Source of the DNA: an uncultured Candidatus Bathyarchaeia archaeon
GTDB taxonomy: Archaea > Thermoproteota > Bathyarchaeia > Bathyarchaeales > Bathycorpusculaceae
NCBI GenBank assembly: GCA_964355725.1
Contig: CAYHEV010000002.1
Coordinates: 3,189 to 67,188, forward strand
Direction of reading: 5' to 3'
DNA: 64,000 bases
The notes below the pieces were generated by a model. That model worked only from the letters and a program-made list of their open reading frames with translations. It made no database searches and was not told the DNA's origin. The position numbers were made by a program, and so were the translations under genes. Below, in pieces: positions 20,548-27,905 of this stretch (positions are counted from its first letter, which is position 1; the number at the start of each line of letters is the position of its first letter).

Positions 20548-21027
20548 TTGAAGCTGAAGGAGGGCGTCCAGACGTGGTTAATGGGTTCGTTGAACGACCC
20601 CATTGTAAAAATTATCGCCAATAACAGTCATTTATCACCAACGCAACTCGAAACATTGTTAATCGACGTTTTATCAGAAAATATCGCTGGCAAACAACTA
20701 AAATACGATGAAAAGGCCAGATTAAGACTAACAAAGGCAAAAATAAGCCGTGGATCGTTCAATAGGACTCTAAAACAGGCAAAAGAAAACGTAATAAAAT
20801 CCATCTATACTGTGCTACTCCTAGGGTACTTAGGAATCTTTGAGAACACAACTCTTGACCCCTACCTCGAAATCGCGAACAAACTGCACGATTACTTGGA
20901 GGCCTATAAAGATATTCCCAACAAAGGCGCAGAACTAAATGACCACATAAAAGTAATAGAAATGATACGGGAAGAGCTTGAAACAAGCCTAAAACATCTA
21001 TCAAATCCGTCAGAAAACCTATTGTGA
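20548..21027 (+). CDS. Hypothetical protein, possible HTH
   Basis: 159 aa. TTG start preceded by GAGGAGAG. ISRGSFNRTLKQAKENVIKSIY looks HTH-like. No family recognised. Confidence 0.4.
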   Translation: MKLKEGVQTWLMGSLNDPIVKIIANNSHLSPTQLETLLIDVLSENIAGKQLKYDEKARLRLTKAKISRGSFNRTLKQAKENVIKSIYTVLLLGYLGIFENTTLDPYLEIANKLHDYLEAYKDIPNKGAELNDHIKVIEMIREELETSLKHLSNPSENLL

Positions 21028-21308
21028 TATCACAAATCACGCCAAAAAGCTCTCTGCTCTAGAAGTAATAAATTACATGTGAATAGAACCTCATAAATGC
21101 CAGAAAATCGGAAATAGCCCAAGATACTGGCTTTCTGCAGGTGCCTTTGCAGCTCTGCTACAGGCATCATCTGTTTGATTAGGCTGTGATGTGTGACATC
21201 ATACGTTGTTATTCTACGGTAAACACCATAAGGTTTAAATGTGTTGTAGGGAAACTGTGATGTGTGATGCAACATATACGAGTCACATGTAATCACAAGT
21301 GAATCACA
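21023..21308. repeat. Array of TGTGA/TCACA (mostly TGTGAT/ATCACA) short repeats
   Basis: About 10 copies in 286 bp. These include the 12-bp perfect palindrome TGTGATATCACA (21023-21034) and a 13-bp direct repeat CTGTGATGTGTGA at 21184-21196 and 21255-21267. Rough chance expectation is under 1 copy. Confidence 0.6.
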
Positions 21309-21320
21309 GAGGAGTGAGGT

Positions 21321-22034
21321 TTGCCAGACGTTTTACTCGGTCTAGTTGGAATTCTGGTTGCTGTAACTATTGGCGCTGCAATTGAGTATTACAGACAACT
21401 TCGAAGAGCTCAGAAAGAGTATGAGAAAGCTAGAGGAGCTATTGAAGACATCATCCTTAGTTTCAATAGGCAGTTCAAGAGTGAGAGTGGGAAGCTCGAA
21501 GTAATTGCATATAAAGTCGAGGCAGTGGATGCGAAGACTGGAGGGTTTTCGAATAGAGTAGGAGAGATTGAGAAGAAAGTGATCGCTCTAGAAGCTAATA
21601 GTGCGACTAATTCGGGAGATAAACAAAAGATGAGGACTCTGTTGGATGAAGTTGACCAGAAAATACGCGGTGCTGTTGCATCACAAGAGATGCTTAACGC
21701 AAAAATCACAAACCTAGAAAACCAAATCACACAGTTCGCGATAACTCCTGAAGCAAAGATTGAGGCAGCCATACCTATAAAAAGAGAGAAGGCTCTAGCC
21801 CATTTGACTGAAACCGAGGTGGCGGTGCTAGAACTATTGGTTTCAGAAGGCCCCAAGACGGCACCTGAGATTAAAGAAAAGGTTGGACTGAGCCGAGAAC
21901 ATACTGCTAGATTGATGAAGAATCTCTATGAGGAAGGATATCTGGAAAGAGAGACAGGTAAGATTCCGTTTAAGTATAGTGTCAAGAAAGAAATGGAGAA
22001 ACTATTGAAGAAGACGGAGAGCATGGCAACTTAG
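21321..22034 (+). CDS. Membrane-anchored coiled-coil protein with C-terminal MarR-like winged helix
   Basis: 237 aa. TTG start after GGAGTGAGGT. N-terminal TM (LLGLVGILVAVTIGAAI), a long heptad-like middle, and C-terminal LTETEVAVLELLVSEGPKTAPEIKEKVGLSREHTARLMKNLYEEGYLER. Confidence 0.55.
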   Translation: MPDVLLGLVGILVAVTIGAAIEYYRQLRRAQKEYEKARGAIEDIILSFNRQFKSESGKLEVIAYKVEAVDAKTGGFSNRVGEIEKKVIALEANSATNSGDKQKMRTLLDEVDQKIRGAVASQEMLNAKITNLENQITQFAITPEAKIEAAIPIKREKALAHLTETEVAVLELLVSEGPKTAPEIKEKVGLSREHTARLMKNLYEEGYLERETGKIPFKYSVKKEMEKLLKKTESMAT

Positions 22035-22137
22035 TTCAACTTGGAAAGATAGCTTTGACTGCTTCCTATTTAAGGCGTTTCTTCATGTCTAAGACTAAAC
22101 TCTGATTGAACCTGTAAACGCCTTATAATGATACCCG

Positions 22138-22557
22138 TCACTTGGAAGTGGCTTGTGGTAAATCCGTCACCAATTTGTACTTCAAACTATTTGAAGCCCC
22201 CGCCTTCAAAAGGACTTCCTTCACCGTCATCCTTGCCAGATAGGTAGCCACAGTGCTGAGGCTTATAGGCTCTTTAAACTCCTGTTCATACATGAGCTGA
22301 GCCTCCCGCGAAGAAAACCAAACAACCGGAAAATGTTTCTGGATTAATGCACGAACCTTGTTATATTTTGAAGTTTCGTTGTCTGTAGTTGGGATTTCCA
22401 TATTAGGATTATGTGCTTCACTCGGCATTCCACCCAGTAATTCCACTAAATCCAAAAGCCGAAGAGCCTTATCCCTGGTTATCTGCCCTTCAAAGGTTAT
22501 GGTGTATCGATTACCGTCACTATCGAACAGTTCGACGCGCATTCTCTTCGCAGGCAT
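22138..22557 (-). CDS. Hypothetical protein with possible C-terminal winged helix
   Basis: 139 aa. GGTG SD upstream. ISLSTVATYLARMTVKEVLLKAG..LKYKL is wHTH-like. Faces away from the origin gap. Confidence 0.5.
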   Translation of the reverse strand: MPAKRMRVELFDSDGNRYTITFEGQITRDKALRLLDLVELLGGMPSEAHNPNMEIPTTDNETSKYNKVRALIQKHFPVVWFSSREAQLMYEQEFKEPISLSTVATYLARMTVKEVLLKAGASNSLKYKLVTDLPQATSK

Positions 22558-22581
22558 CTGTGGTGTACACCTTTGGTGGTG

Positions 22582-22882
22582 TTCACAACTTTACAATTCA
22601 CAAGTTATAAGTGTTATAGTGAAAACATTATTTAGAAAACGACAGGGAATGGAAGGAAAACAGATAAACGCCCAAAATTGCAGTGTTCTCCCAGTTACAG
22701 ACTTCACAGACCACTCAAAGTGAAAAACACTGATAGAGAACCGGTAAAAAGAGTTCTCCAGTAGAAACGGAGGGGTGGTTTTTTCACAGTGAAGTGACAT
22801 AAAAAGAGCAAGAAAATGGAAAAGGAGACTTATTAAGAAACATTGTTAAATCAATTTCACAATGTTTTCACAAAAATGTGAA
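22582..22882. repeat. TTCACA/TGTGAA hexamer array
   Basis: 7 copies in about 300 bp. These include the palindromes TTCACAGTGAA (22783-22793) and TTCACAAAAATGTGAA (22867-22882). Rough chance expectation is about 0.2. Confidence 0.6.
22753..22778 (+). promoter_or_regulatory. Origin recognition box ORB-a
   Basis: GTTCTCCAGTAGAAACGGAGGGGTGG has a dyad core plus a G-string. A degenerate half copy GTTCTCCCAGTTACAG lies at 22685-22700. Confidence 0.7.
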
Positions 22883-23014
22883 CTTGGAAGTCGGCACCCC
22901 CCGTCGGTCACTTGAGAGACTATAATTGATAATGGCTACAGGATTAGGGAAGAGGTAAGTGTATAATGTATAAGACATTGGAGTAAGTACGCCTATTATC
23001 AGCGAGATAGAGTG

Positions 23015-23040
23015 CCACCCCTACTGTTCCAGTGGAAAAG
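23015..23040 (-). promoter_or_regulatory. Origin recognition box ORB-b (inverted)
   Basis: The plus strand reads CCACCCCTACTGTTCCAGTGGAAAAG. Its reverse complement CTTTTCCACTGGAACAGTAGGGGTGG matches ORB-a at 19 of 26 positions and contains the canonical TTCCAGTGGAA core. Confidence 0.8.
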
Positions 23041-23196
23041 AAAGCGGAAAAGCTAAATGATTTCTGCGGAAAGATTTTTACGGTATATCGAAAATATTGA
23101 ACTTAAACAGTTATAACGTAGCACTTGACTCTTATCATTCAGAGTATTATTTCTTCATAAGAAAGAAATCAACATTATCAATTGGTTAATATAGAA
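23041..23196. other. AT-rich candidate duplex-unwinding element between inverted ORB-b and ORB-c
   Basis: 156 bp. My hand count gives about 44 G+C (about 28%), visibly below the flanking coding sequence. Confidence 0.55.
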
Positions 23197-23220
23197 TTCC
23201 ACAAGAAACACAGGGGTGTG
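23197..23220 (+). promoter_or_regulatory. Origin recognition box ORB-c
   Basis: TTCCACAAGAAACACAGGGGTGTG has an ORB-like core with a GGGGTG string, in the opposite orientation to ORB-b. Confidence 0.6.
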
Positions 23221-23312
23221 TCTTATATTCTTGACATTTGATTATCTTACAATTACTTCCATTTTAGAATTGTAATGCTAGCGGTTTAGATTTCTGTACG
23301 GGACAACTTATG

Positions 23313-23334
23313 TTTTCCAGAAGAAATAGAGGCG
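23313..23334 (+). promoter_or_regulatory. ORB-like box ORB-d (weak G-string), 29 nt before the orc1/cdc6 ATG
   Basis: TTTTCCAGAAGAAATAGAGGCG matches ORB-a at 17 of 22 positions. Its position suggests autoregulation. Confidence 0.5.
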
Positions 23335-23362
23335 TTACCTTTGAATCTTCGGTGGAGAGATC

Positions 23363-24613
23363 ATGAGCGACGCTAGCATATTGGATGATGTGTTCGACAA
23401 GTTCGTTAGTAACACACGAATTTTTAGGGATAGAGAAGTATTACGCCATGATTACTTGCCTGATAGACTACCGCATAGGGAAGAACAGATTAGACATTTA
23501 GGAGAAACAGTGTCTCCAGTTCTTAAGGGTGCCCGAAGTTCTAACATTTTTGTTTATGGGAAAACTGGCACAGGTAAAACAGCAGTTGCAAAGTATGTAC
23601 TAAGTCATCTTGAGTTTAAGGCAAAGGAGTTCCATGCTCCTGTTAGGTTCTGTTTTGTGAATTGCCACATGGCAGGTTCTGAATATCGTGTTTTTGCTAG
23701 TTTATGCCAGAGTATGGGCCTATCTGTTCCGTTTACTGGGTTGTCAGTTGGCGAAGTCTTTGACCGATTTAGCGCTGGTGTGGACAGCTCCAAGATTATT
23801 CTTATGGTGGTTTTGGATGAAGTTGATGCATTGATCAAAACACGAGGTGATGGTCTTCTCTACGAGCTGACGAGAATAAATGAAATTCTCCGGAAAAGCA
23901 AGGTGACTCTAATTTGCATATCTAACGACTTGCGACTGAAAGAGTTTCTTGATCCCCGTGTTCTTAGTTCATTGAGTGAGGAAGAGATTGTTTTTAGACC
24001 TTATGACGCGGATGAGTTGAGGAATATCCTTTTTGAACGTACTAACTCAGCTTTCTGTGAGAATGCCTTATCTGATGCGGCTCTTGGACTTTGTGCGGCT
24101 CTGGCTGCAGCGGAACATGGCGATGCCAGACGCGCGTTGGATTTGTTACGTGTTGCAGGCGAAATGGCTGAACGGAAGGGTGTGAATGTCGTGACTGAGG
24201 AACATGTCCGAGAGGCTGAAAAGCACATTGAACACAATCGCGTTGTTGAGGCTCTCCAGAATTTGACTCTTCATGCCAAACTAGTTGTTCTGAGCATCTA
24301 CCACTTGAATAGAGTGAGTGCTCACAGTGCTGTCACGGGTGAAATCTATGAGGTTTATAGTGAACTTGGCGGAGAGGTAGGCGTTACTCCTTTAACGCAG
24401 CGACGCTTCAGCTCGTTGGTTAATGAACTTGATGCTATGGGGTTGCTGAACGCGAAGGTTATCAGTATGGGGAGATATGGGCGAACTAAGAAAATTAGGT
24501 TGGATATTTCACGGGGTCTTATTAGGGATGTTTTTGCAGGAGATAGCCGATTTGGTCGTTTGGTTGATTATGACCCTGCGTGTTTCTCAAAAGGTACACC
24601 TAATGAAAGATAA
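23363..24613 (+). CDS. cdc6: Orc1/Cdc6 replication initiator
   Basis: 416 aa. Walker A GKTGTGKT, Walker B VLDEVD, C-terminal winged helix. SD GGTGGAG upstream. Confidence 0.95.
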   Translation: MSDASILDDVFDKFVSNTRIFRDREVLRHDYLPDRLPHREEQIRHLGETVSPVLKGARSSNIFVYGKTGTGKTAVAKYVLSHLEFKAKEFHAPVRFCFVNCHMAGSEYRVFASLCQSMGLSVPFTGLSVGEVFDRFSAGVDSSKIILMVVLDEVDALIKTRGDGLLYELTRINEILRKSKVTLICISNDLRLKEFLDPRVLSSLSEEEIVFRPYDADELRNILFERTNSAFCENALSDAALGLCAALAAAEHGDARRALDLLRVAGEMAERKGVNVVTEEHVREAEKHIEHNRVVEALQNLTLHAKLVVLSIYHLNRVSAHSAVTGEIYEVYSELGGEVGVTPLTQRRFSSLVNELDAMGLLNAKVISMGRYGRTKKIRLDISRGLIRDVFAGDSRFGRLVDYDPACFSKGTPNER

Positions 24614-24667
24614 GAGCGAAGTAGAGTTTGATAATTCCATGTAGTCCACAGAATCGGTGAGCGCTCT

Positions 24668-26233
24668 TCAGTCGAATTGCACTACAGTGACTTCCAACGT
24701 CTGAAGGTTCACTACCGGAACCTTCGCTGGTGTTGGGGTAAAACCGTTTCTTCGCATGTAGTCAGTTTGTTCTTGCCAGCATCCAGAATTTACGACTAAA
24801 ACTCCCCGGTAATTTCCATATTCCAGTGCATGCACATGCCCAGCATGGAAAATATCTGGAATTCGCTCAATGACTAAGAAGTCTCTGCTCTCAGGTGACA
24901 AAGGTGTTTTTCCGCCGTAAACTGGTGCTAGGTGGCGACTCTGTAACAGTAACCGCATTGCTTTCTCTGGGTGGCTGTGAGTCATCCCCGGGACTGTCGA
25001 GACAATGTCATCCAAGCTGCGGCCATGATATTCTAATAGTTCTACACCGTGTAGACTGAGAAGGCATGGGCTCCCGAGGGAATGCACCTTTCTTGATTCT
25101 TGCAGAGTCTCCAAGAAGGCTTTTGCTATAGCTGGTTGAGGCAAGGCTTTTCTTGGGGCGTCATGATTCCCAGGTGTAATGATGACTTCTACGTAGTCGG
25201 GAATTTGTTCGATGTATTTTGAGGCAAGTCTGTATTGTTTGTGCACGTCTTTGACTGTCAATTCTTTTATCTGATTGGGATAGACTCCTACTCCGTCAAC
25301 GATGTCACCTGCTACTAGAACATATTTGACGTGGCCGGCAATTTCTCTCATTCTCTCGTTGCCATATTTGCCGTTGAGCCAGAGTATAAAACGGTTGAAG
25401 GCTTCTCTGGTGAATTTTGCGCTGCCTACATGCATGTCTGACGTAAGAACCGCACAGACTGGAACAGGAGCCTTGTGCTGTAATCTCTGCGCTACGTCGG
25501 GCAGAATGATGTCTTCCGCGATTAGAAGGCTGCTTCTTGTTTTCATGACGCTTAGACATATGACTTGGTCAAGGAGAAGAAACCGGGCTTTTTTCTGAAG
25601 CTCTGTCGGGGCGTTCTGTGGTACAAGCACTGTGGCATGGGCCTTTAGATCTTCGATGGTGAGTATGGTTCGCTGTTTCGATTCACGTTTTTCTGTTATC
25701 ATGCCTATTACTTTAAGCCTGGTGTTTGGTTGTGCTCTCAGAGCGTCTAGAATCGAAGTAGCACTCTTAACGTCTATTCTTTGTCGCAGCAGTTTTTCTG
25801 TTCTGTTGAACCTGTCTTGGAAGTATTCTAGGAAGTCTTCGATTGTTCCGTTTGTGCTTATCTTAGTAGTTGGGTCTTCGATTATGTTTATGTTTGCTTC
25901 AATCTCTCTTGCATAGGGGTGAAAGGGCGTTTTCGATTCTGTCATCTGCGTTGCCTGCGTTGTAGAATGAGTTTGAAGAGTGGACTCTGACGGTTGCATA
26001 ATTATTTCTTTTGCTGAATCTAGAGGTTCTAAAAGTTGTTCCAGAACACTTCTTTCGATAAAGAATGGTTTTTCTTTTAATTTTCCTATTTGCCGTATTG
26101 CCTTGCTCACGAGTTCAGCTGGATCTTCTGTTGCGGCTATTAGGTTTAGGAACTCAAAAGCTTCTTTGTTAAGTTGGTATCCTGCTGCAATTGTTTGTTC
26201 TACAGCTTTCTGCAGTTTTTGTGCTTCACTCAT
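24668..26233 (-). CDS. polB: DNA polymerase II (PolD) small subunit DP1 (3'-5' exonuclease)
   Basis: 521 aa. Calcineurin-like phosphoesterase motifs VAGDIVDGVG, PGNHD and HAGHVH. Confidence 0.9.
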   Translation of the reverse strand: MSEAQKLQKAVEQTIAAGYQLNKEAFEFLNLIAATEDPAELVSKAIRQIGKLKEKPFFIERSVLEQLLEPLDSAKEIIMQPSESTLQTHSTTQATQMTESKTPFHPYAREIEANINIIEDPTTKISTNGTIEDFLEYFQDRFNRTEKLLRQRIDVKSATSILDALRAQPNTRLKVIGMITEKRESKQRTILTIEDLKAHATVLVPQNAPTELQKKARFLLLDQVICLSVMKTRSSLLIAEDIILPDVAQRLQHKAPVPVCAVLTSDMHVGSAKFTREAFNRFILWLNGKYGNERMREIAGHVKYVLVAGDIVDGVGVYPNQIKELTVKDVHKQYRLASKYIEQIPDYVEVIITPGNHDAPRKALPQPAIAKAFLETLQESRKVHSLGSPCLLSLHGVELLEYHGRSLDDIVSTVPGMTHSHPEKAMRLLLQSRHLAPVYGGKTPLSPESRDFLVIERIPDIFHAGHVHALEYGNYRGVLVVNSGCWQEQTDYMRRNGFTPTPAKVPVVNLQTLEVTVVQFD

Positions 26234-26460
26234 ATTTTGAGGGTTCTCCAGTCTTGCTCTTTTGGACTTGTTATGTAACTTTCTTCGTCTTTTATGGGTT
26301 CCATTTGGTTCTACCCGTAAAGATGCGTTGTCAAAGCAGCCACTGCTACGCCGATTTCATGGCGTGTCAAACTGCGCGCTTCTGTATCTCCTTTTATTCC
26401 CATTCTTGCTAGACTTACTTGAATCTCGCTCCAGCTCCTCAATGCTATTCATGATGCTTT

Positions 26461-26742
26461 TCATGTTGATGTAGGGTCAACTTCCATTATTCTGTATCCT
26501 TTTTCTGTTATTAACGTGTTTAGTTTAGTTGCGCGCATTGCAATTTCTCTCATTGATGAAAGATTTGACGGCAAGACTCTATAGCTTCTCTTTGCCGTTT
26601 CTTTGTTGGCTTTTCTAACGATCCCCTGTTTCGAGAGGTTGAAGGAAGCATCAATTGCACTGATTAGACTGCTCTGAGTGACTCTTTTCAAAATGGTATT
26701 ATTCGTGGAGGCTATTGTTGCTTCTAGTATATTGCCTTTCAA
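26461..26742 (-). CDS. Hypothetical ORF upstream of DP1 (coding status uncertain)
   Basis: 93 aa with a TTG start. No recognisable family. Its TGA overlaps the ATG of a 35-aa ORF (26357-26464) in an ATGA junction. Confidence 0.25.
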   Translation of the reverse strand: MKGNILEATIASTNNTILKRVTQSSLISAIDASFNLSKQGIVRKANKETAKRSYRVLPSNLSSMREIAMRATKLNTLITEKGYRIMEVDPTST

Positions 26743-26906
26743 CGTGGTTAACTCCGTCGGATTTCTGGTTTTGCGGCTAGGTCTATTCCGACTATAACCT
26801 CGCTTTTCAATTCTAGCATCTCACATTCGAGTTAATAATTTGGTTTTTCTGCCCTGACGTATTAATATTCCAGTTCCAAATATTGACTACTCGCTTGGTG
26901 GTATGA

Positions 26907-27905
26907 ATGAGTGAATTGCGTAAAGTGCAACGCACTTCAACTGGCACGTTTTTTGTTTGTCTGCCCAGGTCTTGGGCTGTTCGTTACGGTCTGCAGCGGG
27001 GAGCGGTTGTGGCTCTCGGCGAAACTGGTGATGGTAAGCTTCTAGTTGATGCTAAATATGGTATTGAGTCTTCTCCTCGAACGGTTATGTTGAAGCCAGG
27101 ACCCTTTCTGGGTCGTGAGATCATGGGGAAATACTTGCTTGGTTTTGATATTATTCGCATTGAAGCGAAAGAGCATATTAGTTTTGAGGTTCGGGATACT
27201 GTGAAAAAGACCGTTAGTCACTTGATTGGCCTAGAAATTGTTGAGGAGAACTACTCGTGTATTGTTTTGCAGTGCTTGCTTGAGCCATCCGGGTTTCTGC
27301 CTGAAAAGATTCTGCGCCGCAGCTATGCCATTGCTGCGGGCATGCACCGCGATGTTGCAAATTCCTTCGTTGATGGCGATATTCAGCTGGCGAAGAGTGT
27401 CATGGCCCGTGATGACGAAGGCAATAGGCTCTATTTCCTTCTGGTTCGTATCTTGCGAACGATAATTCAAAATCCACGCTTAAGCGAGAAGCTGGGCGTC
27501 AGCCCGATCGAGTGCCTTGATTATCGTTTGGCCGCAAGTCTAGTAGAAGCAATCGGCGATGATTGTGTTCGAGTAGCACAAAAAACCTCTGAATTAAAAG
27601 GTGGGAAGTTGGACAAGGAGCTAGGGAAGCTATTCCTAAGCTTTCATTTGATTTGTTTTGAAGCTCACGAAAACGCCTTGACAGCTTTTCTAACAGGTGA
27701 CATGATATTGGCAGAGAAGGTGCGAGATATAAGGAGCAAAATTGAAGAAACCTTTGCTGATATTGAAGAAGTCGCTAGGGCTCAGTCGCTTGATATTGTG
27801 CCTCAGATCCTTGCAGTGGCTTCGTTTTTGGGGCAAATCTACGAGCACAGCGTGGACATAGCTGACTTGGCGGTACCTAAGAAAATCGTGACTTATTCTG
27901 TTTAG
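26907..27905 (+). CDS. AbrB/SpoVT-domain plus PhoU-repeat regulator (archaeal PhoU-like)
   Basis: 332 aa. N-terminal KVQRTSTGTFFVCLPRSWAVRYGLQRG swapped-hairpin motif followed by two PhoU-like helical repeats. Confidence 0.75.
   Translation: MSELRKVQRTSTGTFFVCLPRSWAVRYGLQRGAVVALGETGDGKLLVDAKYGIESSPRTVMLKPGPFLGREIMGKYLLGFDIIRIEAKEHISFEVRDTVKKTVSHLIGLEIVEENYSCIVLQCLLEPSGFLPEKILRRSYAIAAGMHRDVANSFVDGDIQLAKSVMARDDEGNRLYFLLVRILRTIIQNPRLSEKLGVSPIECLDYRLAASLVEAIGDDCVRVAQKTSELKGGKLDKELGKLFLSFHLICFEAHENALTAFLTGDMILAEKVRDIRSKIEETFADIEEVARAQSLDIVPQILAVASFLGQIYEHSVDIADLAVPKKIVTYSV

Larger units (their letters stand above)
22582..23334. other. Candidate chromosomal replication origin (oriC)
   Basis: Gene-free gap immediately upstream of orc1/cdc6. 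It holds four ORB-like boxes, an AT-rich core and short-repeat arrays (see the individual features). Confidence 0.75.

Noticed and set aside
21030-21296. 88-aa minus-strand ORF between the two hypothetical genes.
   Set aside because: The sequence is dominated by the TGTGAT/ATCACA repeat array. The translation is His/Tyr/Cys-rich and unprotein-like, so I treated the segment as a non-coding repeat region.
22888-22910. G/C-rich element GTCGGCACCCCCCGTCGG inside the origin gap, considered as a fifth ORB G-string.
   Set aside because: It lacks the adjacent TTCCA/TGGAA-type dyad core in either orientation, so I did not call it an ORB.
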